From positions 12,726 to 76,725 of the forward strand of contig JBHEQT010000006.1 in NCBI GenBank assembly GCA_046530785.1: a DNA stretch of 64,000 nucleotides, in the 5' to 3' direction. Numbering within the stretch: the first letter of the stretch is position 1; every line of letters begins with the position of its first letter. Source of the stretch: Arsenophonus sp. GTDB taxonomy: Bacteria; Pseudomonadota; Gammaproteobacteria; Enterobacterales; Enterobacteriaceae. The notes beneath the pieces are model-generated. The model did not search any database. It saw only the letters and a program-made list of their open reading frames with translations, and was not told the origin of the DNA. The translations under genes and the position numbers were made by a program. This document shows, in pieces, positions 23,810 through 37,059 of this stretch.

Positions 23810-24700
23810 AATCGAAAATTTATTCCATATAATAATTATTATAAACGAGAGGAAAACTACCTTCAATAATAAATCACGGAGTAATTTGAGTAAAACCTTA
23901 TCATTTAATTTTTTTAACTTTCAAATTCAAAAGTTGATTTACAATTTTTTATAGAAATAATATGGATCTATTTAGATTTTCTGTAATATAATAACTATTA
24001 TGAATAAACTTCAAAATATAAGAAGAAAGTAATATTAAATTAAGAAAGATACTAGTTACAAATATCTCAATTAAGATTTAATAAAAATTAATCATATCAT
24101 TAATTAGGATTCATAAAGTATAATTTTCTCTTTACCAATTAAGCCACCTAATTCTATTTTTAATATTGGAAAAATATCTTCAATATATCTCTTTCATTAT
24201 CTAAAAGAATTTTCAATTTTAATAAATAAACTTTTTATTATTTATAGGTTTTAATGTAGAAAAAATTCCATCTTGGATACTATTTGTTAATAAATTCGGA
24301 TATATAGAAAATGTTGAACTTACTTAGAATTTCCTTTTAATCATAAGGATAGCTAATAAATATGGTCCAAAAACTTTGGTAATTTTTCTATTATTAATCC
24401 ACAATTCACTTTTATTTATCCCTCTTTTATTTTTAGTAATTTTCATAAAATATTATTTTTGTTCTTTAATCTATAAATGAGTACGCAAATTAAAGTTATT
24501 TATTGGACCATTTAATTTATTTATTTAATGATCTAAATAATGTATCTTATTTTCGTATTTTGGATTTATAAAAATATTTTTATAAATCCAAAATACAAAG
24601 AAAGAGAGAAATCAAATTCTAAATATATCCGTCCTGGACTTTTTAGAAAAAGAGATTGTTTTTTTAAAATTGATGACCTAAGTTTTAGTCAGTGATTCTT
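23810..24700 (-). pseudogene. yfcH: Eroded TIGR01777/YfcH epimerase-family oxidoreductase
   Basis: Minus strand DIFPILKIELGGLIGKEK (24131-24180) resembles KMLPPFRLGLGGPIGSGRQ. Syntenic. Confidence 0.55.
24555..24596. repeat. Perfect 42-bp spacerless palindrome
   Basis: GTATTTTGGATTTATAAAAAT|ATTTTTATAAATCCAAAATAC is its own reverse complement (checked base by base). Confidence 0.97.
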
Positions 24701-26264
24701 CTGATCTTAATCTTTCCTCTTCTAAATATTTCAAGTAGTATTTTTCTAGAAAAAAATAAATTAGTAAAAATTGATATTAATAAACGTTTTCAATTTCTAT
24801 AAAAAGTTAATTTTTTAGATTTGTTTTTTAATATTAAAATATTATAGTTTCATTTATAATTAAATATAAATATTGAAAATAGTATATTTATTTTCAAATA
24901 TAAAAATAAAGATTCTTATAATAAAGGATTTTAATTGAATTAATTATACCTTTAACAAAGTAAAAACAAGAAAAGATATCTATTTTTTATTAAATTTATT
25001 GGTAACTAAAGTAATTTTATAAACAGTAGTGGGGTGAATATATACATTCTTTCAACTTTATTGAGGTTAATACTTATACTGAGCAATACAATGCTTGTTA
25101 AAAACATTAAAAATAAATAGGTTTACTATATATTTTACACAATATTTTATAACAGTTAATAGAAAATAAGAATATATAATAACATTAATAAAGAATTATT
25201 ATTACTAATTTATTTAGTTTATTTCAAGTTAGAGAAAATTTTATATATTATTTATAATAATAATTATTACATCCTAGATATCTATAAATATATTAATAAT
25301 AAGTATTTTATTTGGAATATTTTGTATTCAATGATATGAAAATTCATATAAACTCTATTTATGATATTGAACCACCGTTTCAATCATGAATATAAGAATT
25401 AAGAATCTTTATAAAAATAAAGTTTTTGAAATGATCATTTTGTTGAATTTTCTTAAAAAATGATTTTTTTAAAATTCAACGAAATTAATTATTTTAATAT
25501 TTATTATTATTCATAATATAAATATATTTATAGAATATCTCTATATAATTCTTTTATTGATTTAAAATTATTTAAACATAATGAAGTTTATTCATGATAG
25601 GATTCCATTTATAAATTAAAAAACAAAATTATATAGCAAGAAAAGAATATTTATAAGATATTAAGATGATTTTCTTATAAATTTAATTTTTTAGAAATAA
25701 TTTCTTCTATAGTTTATTAAACTAGTAATTATATTTACTTGATGATATCAATAATAAAGTATTGATTATAATAAACTAATAAATAGAATCCAAATGTTTA
25801 TTTTTATAAAATTATAAAAATAAAATCAAATGGCATGTTTTATATATTACCGTTACGTTACATATAATCGTAAATAAAAAATATATTTAGTATATATTCT
25901 CTCTTATATTTTTTTAATAATACTAATTCTAAAATAACTTATAGAGATCATAATTCTAAATGAAATATCTTTCCTAATACATCAAGAGAAATATGATATA
26001 CGATTAACTTAATTAAAAAATAATTTTAAGTTAGTTAGGAGAAGGAGGAAGAACCTATTTTAATAATTCTAATTTAATTTAATTTATTGAATAAAATTAA
26101 TTAATTAAAAATAAAATCTAAAAATTAATCATAAATTAATTATATTTATTCATTTACTTGTTAATAAAAAATTAAATCCATTTATTAATGTTATTTATTA
26201 ACTAATTCTTTAGTGAATAAAATTAAAATATGATATAGTTTTTGTTTTATATCAACTAAAATAG

Positions 26265-28415
26265 TTATTTTAATTTCGTATTAACTATTGCCTGAATAGC
26301 AGTAAGTGCAATAGTATAAACTATATCATAAACTAGTGCACCACGGGATAAGTCATTAACAGGTTTACGCATCCCTTGTAAGATGGGTCCAATAGAAACT
26401 AAATTAGCAGAACGTTGCACCGCCTTATAAGTGGTATTTCCAGTATTAAGGTCTGGAAAAATAAATACTGTTGCTTGACCGGCTACCGGAGAATTTGGTG
26501 CTTTAGATTTAGCAACATCAGCCATAATAGCTGCATCATATTGCAATGGACCATCAATAACTAAATCTGGTCTTTTTATTTTCGCTAAATAGGTTGCTTT
26601 ACGAACCTTGTCCACATCACTACCAGAACCGGAATTTCCAGTAGAATAAGAAATCATTGCAACTCTTGGCTCAATACCAAACTCTTTAGCAGAGTCAGAT
26701 GATTGTATGGCAATTTCTGATAATTCTTCAGCAGTTGGATCTGGATTTATCGCACAGTCACTATAAACTAATACTTGTTCAGGTAACAACATAAAGAATA
26801 TTGAAGAAACAATTGAGTTACCAGGAGAAGTTTTTATCAATTGTAATGGTGGGCGAATAGTATTTGCTGTGGTATGAATAGCACCAGAAACTAAACCATC
26901 AACTTCATTTTTTTCAAGCATCATAGTCCCTAATACTACATTATCTTCTAATTCTTTATTCGCTAAAATTTTAGTCATGCCTTTATTTTTTCGTAACTCA
27001 ACTAAACGATCAACGTAATTTTCACGAATTAACTTTGGTTCTAAAATTTTAACTCTTGAACATAATTTAACTCCTTGAGAATCGGCAACTCTTTTTATTT
27101 CATCTGGTTCACCTAGAAGAATACAAGTAGCAATTCCTCTTTCAGTGCAAATAGCAGCAGCTTTTATCATACGTGGCTCATTACCTTCCGGAAGTATAAT
27201 ACATTTGTTAGCTTTACGTGCTAACTCTGTTAATTGATAACGGAAAGCAGGAGGAGATAATTGTTTAGGACGTGTTGAATCAACACTAAGTGAATCAATC
27301 CATTTTTGATTAATATGTAAAGAAATATAGTTTTGTATTTTTTTAATCCGCTCATAATCATCAGTAGGAACTTTTAAACTGAAATTTTGTAAGTTTAATG
27401 AAGTTTTCCAGGTATTACTATGTACCATTAATACAGGTAAACCGGTTTTAAAAGCACGTTGACAAAGATTGTATATTGGTTTAGCAATATGGTAACCTCC
27501 GGTTAATAGTAACGCTCCAATTTTAATGCCATTCATTGCTGCTAAACAAATTGATAGAATAACATCATGTCGATCGGAAGAGGTTACCAGCAATGACCCT
27601 GGATGAAATAGGCTTAACATATTTGGAACACCGCAAGAACAAAAAATAACCGATTTTATTCGACGAGTTTGCACCGCTCCTTTATTAAGGATAATAGCAT
27701 TCAGATGATTAGCAATATCAATAGCACGCGTGACGATTAGATCAAAATTCCATGGAATACAACCCAATATTGGAATTTTACTATTTTTAATTAAAATTTT
27801 TCTATTAATTTTCGAGAGAGTATATTTAATTGAATTATCAAATATTTCTGACAATTCAAGTCGGGTACGACCATGCTCATCAAACGGTGCATTGAGTTTA
27901 TTGATAATCACTCCAGTGATATTTTTATTTTGTATACCGCCAAACTCTGCACTGAGTAATTCAATACTATGTTCTTTAAAGTGTTCTTCTGTATTCTTTC
28001 CTACCAATTCAGTTACAAATATAATATCAGCTCCAAGTGCTTTAGAAATGTTATAATTTAATGACTGCACAAAAGTGTGGTTACGAGTAGGGGTTAAACC
28101 TTCAATTAAAATAACTTTAGAATGTTGTGTATTTTTATGATAACGTCCAATAATCTCTTCCATCAGAATATCTTTCTGATTATTAGCTAGCAACGACTCA
28201 ACATAATTCATTTTCAGTGGTTCAGAAATCTGAACGCTAGAATAAAATCGTAATATTTCAGTTGTTTCATCTCTATTATCAAAACAGGATTGAGTAATAG
28301 GTTTAAAAAAGGTTAAGTTAACTTTTTTTTTCTCCATTGAATGGGCTATTCCTAAACTGACGCTAGTTAAGCCAACACTAATATCAGTCGGTATTAACAT
28401 TATTGTACGGGCCAC
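26265..28415 (-). CDS. pta: Phosphate acetyltransferase
   Basis: Intact 716-aa ORF: [15 protein letters not shown]-type region, [30 protein letters not shown] and PVNDLSRG. Confidence 0.98.
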   Translation of the reverse strand: MARTIMLIPTDISVGLTSVSLGIAHSMEKKKVNLTFFKPITQSCFDNRDETTEILRFYSSVQISEPLKMNYVESLLANNQKDILMEEIIGRYHKNTQHSKVILIEGLTPTRNHTFVQSLNYNISKALGADIIFVTELVGKNTEEHFKEHSIELLSAEFGGIQNKNITGVIINKLNAPFDEHGRTRLELSEIFDNSIKYTLSKINRKILIKNSKIPILGCIPWNFDLIVTRAIDIANHLNAIILNKGAVQTRRIKSVIFCSCGVPNMLSLFHPGSLLVTSSDRHDVILSICLAAMNGIKIGALLLTGGYHIAKPIYNLCQRAFKTGLPVLMVHSNTWKTSLNLQNFSLKVPTDDYERIKKIQNYISLHINQKWIDSLSVDSTRPKQLSPPAFRYQLTELARKANKCIILPEGNEPRMIKAAAICTERGIATCILLGEPDEIKRVADSQGVKLCSRVKILEPKLIRENYVDRLVELRKNKGMTKILANKELEDNVVLGTMMLEKNEVDGLVSGAIHTTANTIRPPLQLIKTSPGNSIVSSIFFMLLPEQVLVYSDCAINPDPTAEELSEIAIQSSDSAKEFGIEPRVAMISYSTGNSGSGSDVDKVRKATYLAKIKRPDLVIDGPLQYDAAIMADVAKSKAPNSPVAGQATVFIFPDLNTGNTTYKAVQRSANLVSIGPILQGMRKPVNDLSRGALVYDIVYTIALTAIQAIVNTKLK

Positions 28416-28484
28416 AAAATCTACCTCTTTAAAGTTACAAGATGTTCAACAAAGCACTTTTCTAAATTGATAAATTGGAAGTAT

Positions 28485-29696
28485 TTAATCTATTAATGTT
28501 ATTAGGCGACTAGCATCTTGAGCAATAACCAACTCTTCATTAGTTGGAATAACCAAAGCAGGAATGCTATCATCCGTTGTAATCTTTCCTAATTTTCCAA
28601 ATCGTGCAGCTAAGTTACGTTTATGATCATACTTAATACCAATTAAAGAAAAATTTTTAAGTGTTAACTCACGTACCATGGCTGAATTTTCTCCAATACC
28701 GCCTGTGAAGATAATTGCGTCTAATCGACCTTTCATTAATCCACAATAAGAACTGATATATTTACTTAAACGATGACAATAAACATCCATCGTCCTTTTT
28801 GCATTTATCTTAGTATTATAATTTTCTTCGATATAACGGAAATCATTAGTGACTTCAGTTAATCCAAGTATGCCAGACTCTTTTGTTAATAATCTATTTA
28901 TTTTATCAATACTCATTCCTAATTCGTTATGAAGATGAAATACAATAGCCGGATCGATATCACCACTACGCGTTCCCATTACTAAGCCTTCTAGAGGTGT
29001 AAGACCCATTGAGGTATCAATAGATTTCCCATTAACTATAGCAGTAACAGATCCACCATTTCCTAAATGGCATGTAATTATATTCAGTTCATTAATTGAT
29101 TTATTAAGTTCTTTGGATGCTTTCTGGGAAACATAATAATGGCTTATACCATGTGCTCCGTAACGACGGATACCATGATCTTTATAAAGATTATAAGGAA
29201 GAGCATATAAATAAGATTCAATTGGCATAGTTTGATGAAAAGCAGTATCAAATACAGCAACATGTTTATTATTTAAATGTGGAAATGCTTTTTTAGCTTC
29301 TTCAATTCCAATAATACCAGCAGGATTATGCAATGGAGCAAACGGAATAGATGCTTTAATACCTTCAATAACTTCATCATTAATAACAACTGATTTGGTA
29401 AATTTTTCACCTCCGTGAACAATACGATGACCAATAGCAGAAATTTTTCTTGCTAATTCTATTTTTTGTGTAAAAATTTGATTGACAATAAAAGTTATTG
29501 CTTCTCTATGTAGAGCACCTTTACCTAAAACACTTTCCTTTTTAATACTATCTATTTTCCATTTAATACGTGCTTCTGGTAGATTAAAGCATTCTGCTAA
29601 ACCAGATATTTCTTTTTTTTCATTAACAGGATCAATGATAGCAAATTTAAGGGAAGAACTACCACAGTTAAGGACAAGTACCAATTTATTTGACAT
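28485..29696 (-). CDS. ackA: Acetate kinase
   Basis: [54 protein letters not shown] and IPTNEE. Confidence 0.98.
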   Translation of the reverse strand: MSNKLVLVLNCGSSSLKFAIIDPVNEKKEISGLAECFNLPEARIKWKIDSIKKESVLGKGALHREAITFIVNQIFTQKIELARKISAIGHRIVHGGEKFTKSVVINDEVIEGIKASIPFAPLHNPAGIIGIEEAKKAFPHLNNKHVAVFDTAFHQTMPIESYLYALPYNLYKDHGIRRYGAHGISHYYVSQKASKELNKSINELNIITCHLGNGGSVTAIVNGKSIDTSMGLTPLEGLVMGTRSGDIDPAIVFHLHNELGMSIDKINRLLTKESGILGLTEVTNDFRYIEENYNTKINAKRTMDVYCHRLSKYISSYCGLMKGRLDAIIFTGGIGENSAMVRELTLKNFSLIGIKYDHKRNLAARFGKLGKITTDDSIPALVIPTNEELVIAQDASRLITLID

Positions 29697-30059
29697 GGAT
29701 ATTTATACCTATTTATATTGTTTTATCATGAAGTCTTTTGTTTAAATTAAGCAGAAAGAAGACTATGGTTAGTAAATATTTATTTTTAATAGAATATTAG
29801 TAACCTATCTTATTTTTTTGGATTATATTAAGTTGATTAATATAATATTTACGTAACATCACGATAATTTAATCAAATTAATTAACTAAATAAATATTTT
29901 TGCAAAATTGATATTAAAGATGCAATATAATAATTATTATTATTTATTTAAAATATAATAATAGATTAAATATAATAAGATTGAGTGGCAACCATTGATT
30001 TCCTTTATAAATTTTATATCAAAATTAATTGAAGTAATGAAATATATAATGAATAAACA

Positions 30060-30500
30060 TCAGAAAAATCCTAAATTTCTTACAAAACTCAAAATTAAGT
30101 CAGAAATTTACCAAATTCTTTCATTAAAGAAATATTTAATGTTTGTTTTTTCTAAGTATCAAACAATCATAGTTAGTAGATTGTTATTTTTATATGCCTA
30201 TTATTTCGCTTTTTACGATTATCTGGACAAAAATTGGATTAGTTGGAAAGTATTGTGGGTTTGCTCTGGAAATAATATTTTTCGTATCATTTACCTTTTA
30301 TAGGAATTATACTTGTTAAATAAGCGTTCATTTACAGATTTCTATCATTTTTATTATTTATTTTTATTTTATGAAGTTTACAAAAAATTTAATTAAGCTG
30401 AAATTATCATTAATTTTGTTAAAGAAAGATCTAATTATCAAACGATTGTAGAATTATTGAAATATTTTTAAACAATTAAATCGCTTTTTATTAATCCTAT
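30060..30500 (+). pseudogene. yfbV: Frameshifted YfbV (terminus macrodomain insulation protein)
   Basis: KKYLMFVFSKYQTIIVSR (~EKRLAPVFVENRVIKMTR), W.KIGLVGK, *ELYLLNKRSFT (~GLWWLGKRSVT) and NYQTIVELLK (~DYQALADTLK), in different frames. Explains ORF 29995-30303. Confidence 0.7.
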
Positions 30501-31789
30501 TTAACGTAATTTCAAAAAAATATAGGTTTATCTAGTCAGTAATAAAATAAATAATATTATGTTTTAATATCACTTTGAATTTTTCATTATTAAAAAAACT
30601 TATTATTTTGAAAGATCATTTTAAATAAAAATAAATTAATATTTTTAATATATATATGTTAACCATAATTATATGAATTGTAGAAAAAACAAATAAAGCA
30701 TATACTAAGACTCTTATGTAAAATTAAAACCGTTTTCCATACCTTATAATTCATTTAAAATGATGAGTAATATAATAAATTATAAAATTCACTTTATAAT
30801 TAATATATATTATTTTAAATTTTTCTAGATATTACTGTTGATCATAATTTTGATAATTTGTATGCTTTCATTACTTAACTAATGAGAGTGATAATTTAGA
30901 TCTAGATTTTATGTAAGAAAAATACAGGAAATTAAGTAAAAATAACTTTTCTCTATTCAAGTTGAAGTTTTTAATTATTATCGTTCTTAACCGGAGACAA
31001 TTTTATAATTTTCTTAATTATTGAAAATTTAATAAAAATGATTGCAGTGATAGAAAAATAATAGTTATAAAATGAAATAAGGTGATAAATTTTAATAAAG
31101 ATAATTTTTATTTATTCTACAATTCTATATATGTTATCGCTAAATTTTTAATATAAGTATCGTGTTATGTGGAATATCTAGTTATGATGGAAATAGTTGT
31201 TTTGATCTACTATTTCCTACAATCCCTTTCTTTGATCAAGTTTTATAATAAAAATTTATTAATTGAATCTTCCTATACTTCCAAGAAAAAGAAAAAATGA
31301 TTGAGTTTTTAGAGAAAGACGTATTTAAGTTATCATGGATTTATATCGCGAGAAATTAAATTTCAAAAACATTATATTTATAATGTGTTGGATAATATTT
31401 CCATAAAGGATAATATTAATTATATTAAATTAATATTTAATCCAATATTATTTAGTAATATTTTACTGATCGTTATTGAGTAGAAATTAATTTTTAGTTC
31501 TTAACTAATTAAAAATTATAATTTATTTTTTTAAATTTATCACAGAATTATAGAAGTTCTTTCTTTTACTGAGGATAACAACTACCAAATAATATTTTCT
31601 GATTACTAATACTTAAGAGTTATATTAATAAATAGAAATTTATAATTTTATTTGCTGTGTTTATTTTATTTTTTATAAAAATTTCTGTATTGATATAAAA
31701 ATTTCTTATTATGCACAATATATATTAGTAATAATAGAATAAATTTAAGGATAACGTTGATTTATTTATTTTCTCTTTAATACGATGAA

Positions 31790-32380
31790 TAGATTTATTT
31801 ATTTCTAGTGTTAAAATAACCAATATTAAAGATACTTACTTTTATTCCCTAATCATATTGATAATTTATTATTTATTTTTATTGGTAATTAATGTTGTTG
31901 ATTTATTGATTTTATCATTCTAATTTTTGGATGATTAATATTTAATATTGGTTTTTGATTTTATACAATTACTTAAAATCAATTTTTTAAAAAAAATCTC
32001 CCTTTTACTTTTAAGTAAAATTATAAATATATACTTAGTATTCTTAACTTTTTCAATTTGAAAATTACTTTCATATAATATAAAAATAATAGTAAAAAAT
32101 ATTTTTTATAATAAAGTTATTAACTAGTAAGTTAAATATAAAAATTTGGGAGATGATGATCTTAGTGGAATTATGATATATAAGATAATAGTTATAATAT
32201 AATTATATTCATTTTACTATTATTTTTTCCACTTCTTAATCGAAACTTGAATGAGTGAATCAGATAATTTATAGAATACATTATATTCTATAATATTTTA
32301 TTATAGACGGTTTCTCATTAATAGAAAGAAAATAATTAATTTTATACGAAAAAATTAAAAATAACTCGTAAAATTTTTTC
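31790..32380 (-). pseudogene. yfbR: Eroded 5'-deoxynucleotidase YfbR
   Basis: FFRIKLIIFFLLMRN resembles LSRLKLINRWPLMRN, then SDSLIQVS resembles SEHSLQVA. Syntenic next to alaA. Confidence 0.7.
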
Positions 32381-32500
32381 ATATCATTGATTTATTGATA
32401 AGTAAATTTTATTTATTATAACTTAACAAATAAATTATTTAAATAATGATATAGAAATTCCTTAAGTAAATTAAAAGAAATTTTATTTTTGAATATCTAT

Positions 32501-33713
32501 TTAGTGATAATTCATAAAGAATTGGCTAAATTTATTAATTACAATTTTAAGATCACTAATATAAGGCAAAGTGACAATTCTAACATGATCTGGTTTAGTC
32601 CAATTAAAAGCGGTTCCTTCAAACAAATAAAACTTTTTCTTGTAATAATAAATCGAGTACTATTTTTTTATCATTTGAAATATTAAACTTTTTAATATTA
32701 ATTTTTGGAAACATATATAAAGCACCTTGTGGTTTAACGCATGATACCCAAGGAATTTCATTAATTAATTTCCATGCAAGATTACGTTGTTCATACAATC
32801 TTCCGCCAGGACAAATAAATTTGTTAATATTTTGATAACCTTCTAATGCGCTTTGAATTGCATATTGCATAGGAACATTAGCACAAAACTTCATAGAGGC
32901 TAATATTTCTATCCCCTCAATGTAGCTTTTTACATTTTTTTTTGGGCCATTAAAACACCACATCCCTGACGAAAACCAGAAACCTGATAATTTTTGATAA
33001 ACCGTTAAAAGTGATGGGGTTAGCAGATCCGGTGCTAGCTCAGCAATTGAATGGTGTTCAGCATCATCATAAAGAATTTTGTCGTAAATCTCGTCAGAAA
33101 AAATAAGAAGATGATTCTTACGGGCAACTTCTACAATCTCTATTAATAATTCTTTACTATAAACAGATCCGGTGGAATTATTTGGATTGATAATAACAAT
33201 CGAACGTGTTCGTGAAGTAATTTTTTTCGAATATCATTTAGATCAGGAAAACAATTTTCTTCTTCATCACATCTGTAATGTACCGTTTTTCCACCGGATA
33301 GAGATATTGCGGCAGTCCATAATGGGTAATCAGGGGAAGGAACTAACATTTCATCATTATTATTTAATAAGGCTTGCATCGAATTGCACAATTAGTTCAG
33401 AAACAACATTACCTATGAAGATATCTTCAATATTAATATCAAACATTCCTTTAGCTTGATAGTATTGCATAATTGCTTTCCGAGCGGAATAAATTCCTTT
33501 TGAATCACTATAACCTTGTGAGTGAGGTAGATTCCGTAGAACATCAAATAATATTTCATCTGGCGCCTCAAAACCGAAATGTGCTGAATTACCGATATAA
33601 AGTTTAAGAATTTTATGACTGTCTTTTTCAAGACGATTAGCTTCTTTAAAAATTGACCCTTTTATATCGTAACATACATGATCTAATTTATTAGATTTAT
33701 TTATAATATTCAT
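32501..33713 (-). pseudogene. alaA: Recently frameshifted alanine aminotransferase AlaA (YfbQ)
   Basis: Full-length, clearly alignable protein split by about 6 small indels (near 33380, 33221, 33017, 32992, 32955 and 32621). The original TAA stop is at 32501-32503. Confidence 0.95.
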
Positions 33714-34309
33714 TTATTCTGTTTAAACCTTTAAGGTTAATAGAATTAATATATTTTATTGTTATATTTATTTTTACACTCTACTTTTACTTGGAAAGTA
33801 GTTTGAAGATGTATCCCTTATTTTGTTAAAAACTGATTTGATAATTCAAATTTATTCAAATATTTTATCCACTTATTATTAAATAAGTATTTAAACAATT
33901 ATTTTATTAGTTTTGTATTTTAAATATGAATTGATTGTTATTTAATAAGAATCAATAATATTAATATAATATGGTAATAATATACTAAAAAAATTTTTAT
34001 AAATTGTTGTTGTTTTAGTGATAAATTATTTTATTAATGTATTAATAAAGGTATTATATTATTTAATTGTATTGAAAAAAATTTTTTATAAATAATAAAG
34101 TTATAGACTTTTAAACTCTATTAATTTATGATGAAGTAATTATATTATAAATTCAGATATTTAAATTAATAAAAATCTATACATAATAATAAATATATTA
34201 TATTAATAACAATGCAATTTCAATGTATAAGTTTTATTTTTTATTTCTTTAATTATTTCAGTAGATTTAATATCTATTGAGTTTATTTAAAGTATAAATG
34301 GATCCATTA

Positions 34310-35150
34310 TATTAATAAAATTAAAGATTCAAATCCTTTAATCATAAATTTCAATCTTGATTTACTTAGAACTTTTATTATTGTCACTAATCGTAATATA
34401 TTTATAGAAATAGTAAAATTTATTTGTTGTACTCAATAAAATCAGCCACTAATTTAGTGGTTAGAAACAGTTAGTTTTCCGTAATTTTTTTGAACGACGT
34501 TTTATAATAAATCATTAACAGATTATAATTTTCCAATTATTGAGATTATACAAGGAAGATATTACTGGTTTAAATAATGATACTTCAACTTCATTATAAA
34601 TTAATGAAGTTGAAGGTAAATTATGTATTCTATTTTGATGATTCTATCAATATTTTATTACCATTTTAATCATATTGTATCAAATATATTCTGAATAATG
34701 GTAAAATTGATTTACTACTAATATCCATTGAATTAAGTTAATATCCAGATGCTATTTTATATTCTGTATTATTTTTTGGTATTAGTGTGTTCTGACCTGA
34801 TTTTCAATATCAATTAAATGAACAAATTCAGTTGTTTGTATAATGAATAAAACCAATTCATTTAATGAAGTTACGATAAGAACTCTTAAAGAATTGCGAA
34901 TATTAAATAGTGGTATTATTTAAAAAAGTTGCTTCGTTATCAGGCGAGGATTACAATTAATTAATTACTCAAATCGGTATTACTGAGAATTTTTTGGAAA
35001 TGTAAAACAGTGATTTAAGGATTCTAATAGAAATTGATAGTTTACTATATTACCTGAAATTAATTATATCATAATATTAATAAAAAACGAGCTATTTTAA
35101 CTATATTTAATGCAATTAAATATAAATACCTATAAAATATAATTAATAAA
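34310..35150 (+). pseudogene. lrhA: Eroded LysR-family regulator LrhA/HexA
   Basis: PLIINFNLDLLRTFIIV...ICCTQ* resembles RPIINLDLDLLRTFVAV...VCRTQS; also ILPEINY (~PLPDTEY). Between alaA and nuoA. Confidence 0.82.
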
Positions 35151-35799
35151 CTAAAATAAAATTAATAAAAAATTATTTACTAATTTAAAGAAAAAATTTT
35201 TTTTATTTTATCGTTTTTGTTTAAGTTTAAATATCGAAAGAAATTTCGATAATCTAACAATATTAAGCTTCTTTTATTTAAAAAGTAAATATTAAATATG
35301 AAAAAGTTTTCAACTTAAACAAGCTTAATTTACCTAAAATTAAACTTTGTTTATAGATTTTAAAAAATCATTATTTTATAGATAATAATAATTCTAAAAT
35401 TATTATAATTATATTTTACAAGTTCTTTCTATTATCCAAGATAACTAAAGTAATACTTGTTTTAAAGTAGATTATATTTCAAAATAATTGATTAGTAAAA
35501 ACAAAACATAAGGGTATATTAAATACTAATTTCTTAATGTTAGTTAAGTTAATTTTATATTTTAATTTATTGATATTTTTAGTTGTAATTAAAAATAAAA
35601 ATATCAATAAAATCTTACTCCATAATCAAAAATAAAAAGAAAGAAAACTAAGTTAAAAAATAATCTTTATTGGCTTATTTTGTTTTTCATTTACTTATAA
35701 ATAAGTAAATATATAATTTTATGGTAATTTAAAGGGAGAAGAATACTTCTTTTACTTATAAAAGTAAGATCTAGCGAACTATATCTAGATTTATTGAAA

Positions 35800-36230
35800 T
35801 ATTTTCATTGTTTTGTTTTTCTAATATATCTTATTAATTCTTTTAGTTTATATTCCTTAATATTTAATTAGAGATTAATGTTTGAATAGTATATATTAAA
35901 TTATTGAACACTATGTTCATAAGAACCATGGTGTTCAATTTATTGATAATCCTCGTTGAGGATTAAATCAAAAGATCTTATTTAATTATTATATTTTTAT
36001 TATTTTCTATATTGAAGTGATATTCCTTTATTTATGAGATTTATTTACTTTTAAAGAAAGTGCTTAGTTTTTCTTTATTGAGGAATACGATTTTATCTTT
36101 GTATTATTTTCTTAGTTTATTTTATTTAATTCCTTTTAGATCCCTTAATTTGTGTATTCCAAAATGTTCAATTTCTCATGTTATAAAATCGAGAAAAGCG
36201 CTTAAAACTAAAAATATTTATTTCTCTTCT
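35800..36230 (+). pseudogene. nuoA: NADH:quinone oxidoreductase subunit A remnant
   Basis: FIIFYIEVIFLYL*D..FKESA*FFFIE resembles FVIFDVEALYLFAW...RESGWVGFVE. Confidence 0.7.
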
Positions 36231-36289
36231 AGGTAATGGAAGATATTTAAAAATGAATTAAATTTTTACTTTTGTTTATCTAAATACTG

Positions 36290-36950
36290 ATTTATATATA
36301 ATTATCCATTATAAAAAAGATAAATTATCTTTAAGATTGATTAGAAATGGGTATATTACCCGTAAATATTTTATGAATAACTCAGAAAATATTTTAGATA
36401 GTATGGTAGATTTAAGTAGATAAATTTTTATAACTTTAAAATTAGTATTTTATATTTTTATATTAAAATGGGTTACTTTTTACTGAAGAGAATGATATTG
36501 CCAGATTTTGTGTTGAAGTATTACAAAAATAACTATGTATCAAGATGCTTTTATAGTTATTTCTAGATATCTATTTAATTAAAATAATACCGGTTATCAA
36601 AAGATTTATAATTAAGTATTAAACACTTTAAATAGGTTTATTTTTATAAAATTTATACTTATATTAATGTAGTATACAATACTATTCTTTTATTTATACC
36701 AAGAAGATTTTTGATAAATTTTCTTTTTTAATTCTATATATCAGATTATTTTTTATATCTTATATGAATCTTATGTATAAATCACTATTATTAAAAAATC
36801 AATTGGTAAAAAAGAACGTCTTTCAACATAATATTATGGATAATGGGGATGAATTTAAGAGATTTGTCATGTTAATATTCAATCTAAAAAGAGAAAATAT
36901 AGTAAAAAGAATAAGGATTAAAAACGCTACGAACACTAGATGAAATATAA
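36290..36950 (+). pseudogene. nuoB: NuoB remnant
   Basis: NDIARFCVEVL (~HDVARFGAEVL), KIIPVIKRF (~KMAPVIQRL) and KSIGKKERLS (~ESIGKERRPLS). Confidence 0.8.
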
Positions 36951-37059
36951 AGATTTAAAATATTCTATTCAAAGTAATAAAAATGTGTTTATGGTATAAA
37001 GAGATCATATAAGCTTGATTAATCATTATTGGTAAATAAGGGTAACAAGATTAAATAAT

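Noticed and set aside
25021-25045. GTAGTGGGGTGAAT resembling part of an ERIC/IRU element
   Set aside because: The match is only about 10 bp and there is no flanking ERIC palindrome.
20146-29745. ORFs 20146-20388, 27730-28056 and 29482-29745
   Set aside because: Antisense shadows of dedD, pta and ackA.
25300-31300. Possible yfcE/yfcD and yfbU/yfbT remnants
   Set aside because: Expected from synteny but only 3-5 residue matches were seen, too few to call.
4038-31472. 13-mer ATTTTACTGATCG occurring three times (near 4040, 9854 and 31460)
   Set aside because: Only the fabB copy has the second FadR half-site; the others are post-hoc matches without supporting context.
32489-33631. ORFs 32489-32686(+), 33172-33459(+) and 33413-33631(-)
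   Set aside because: Antisense or off-frame readings of the alaA pseudogene.
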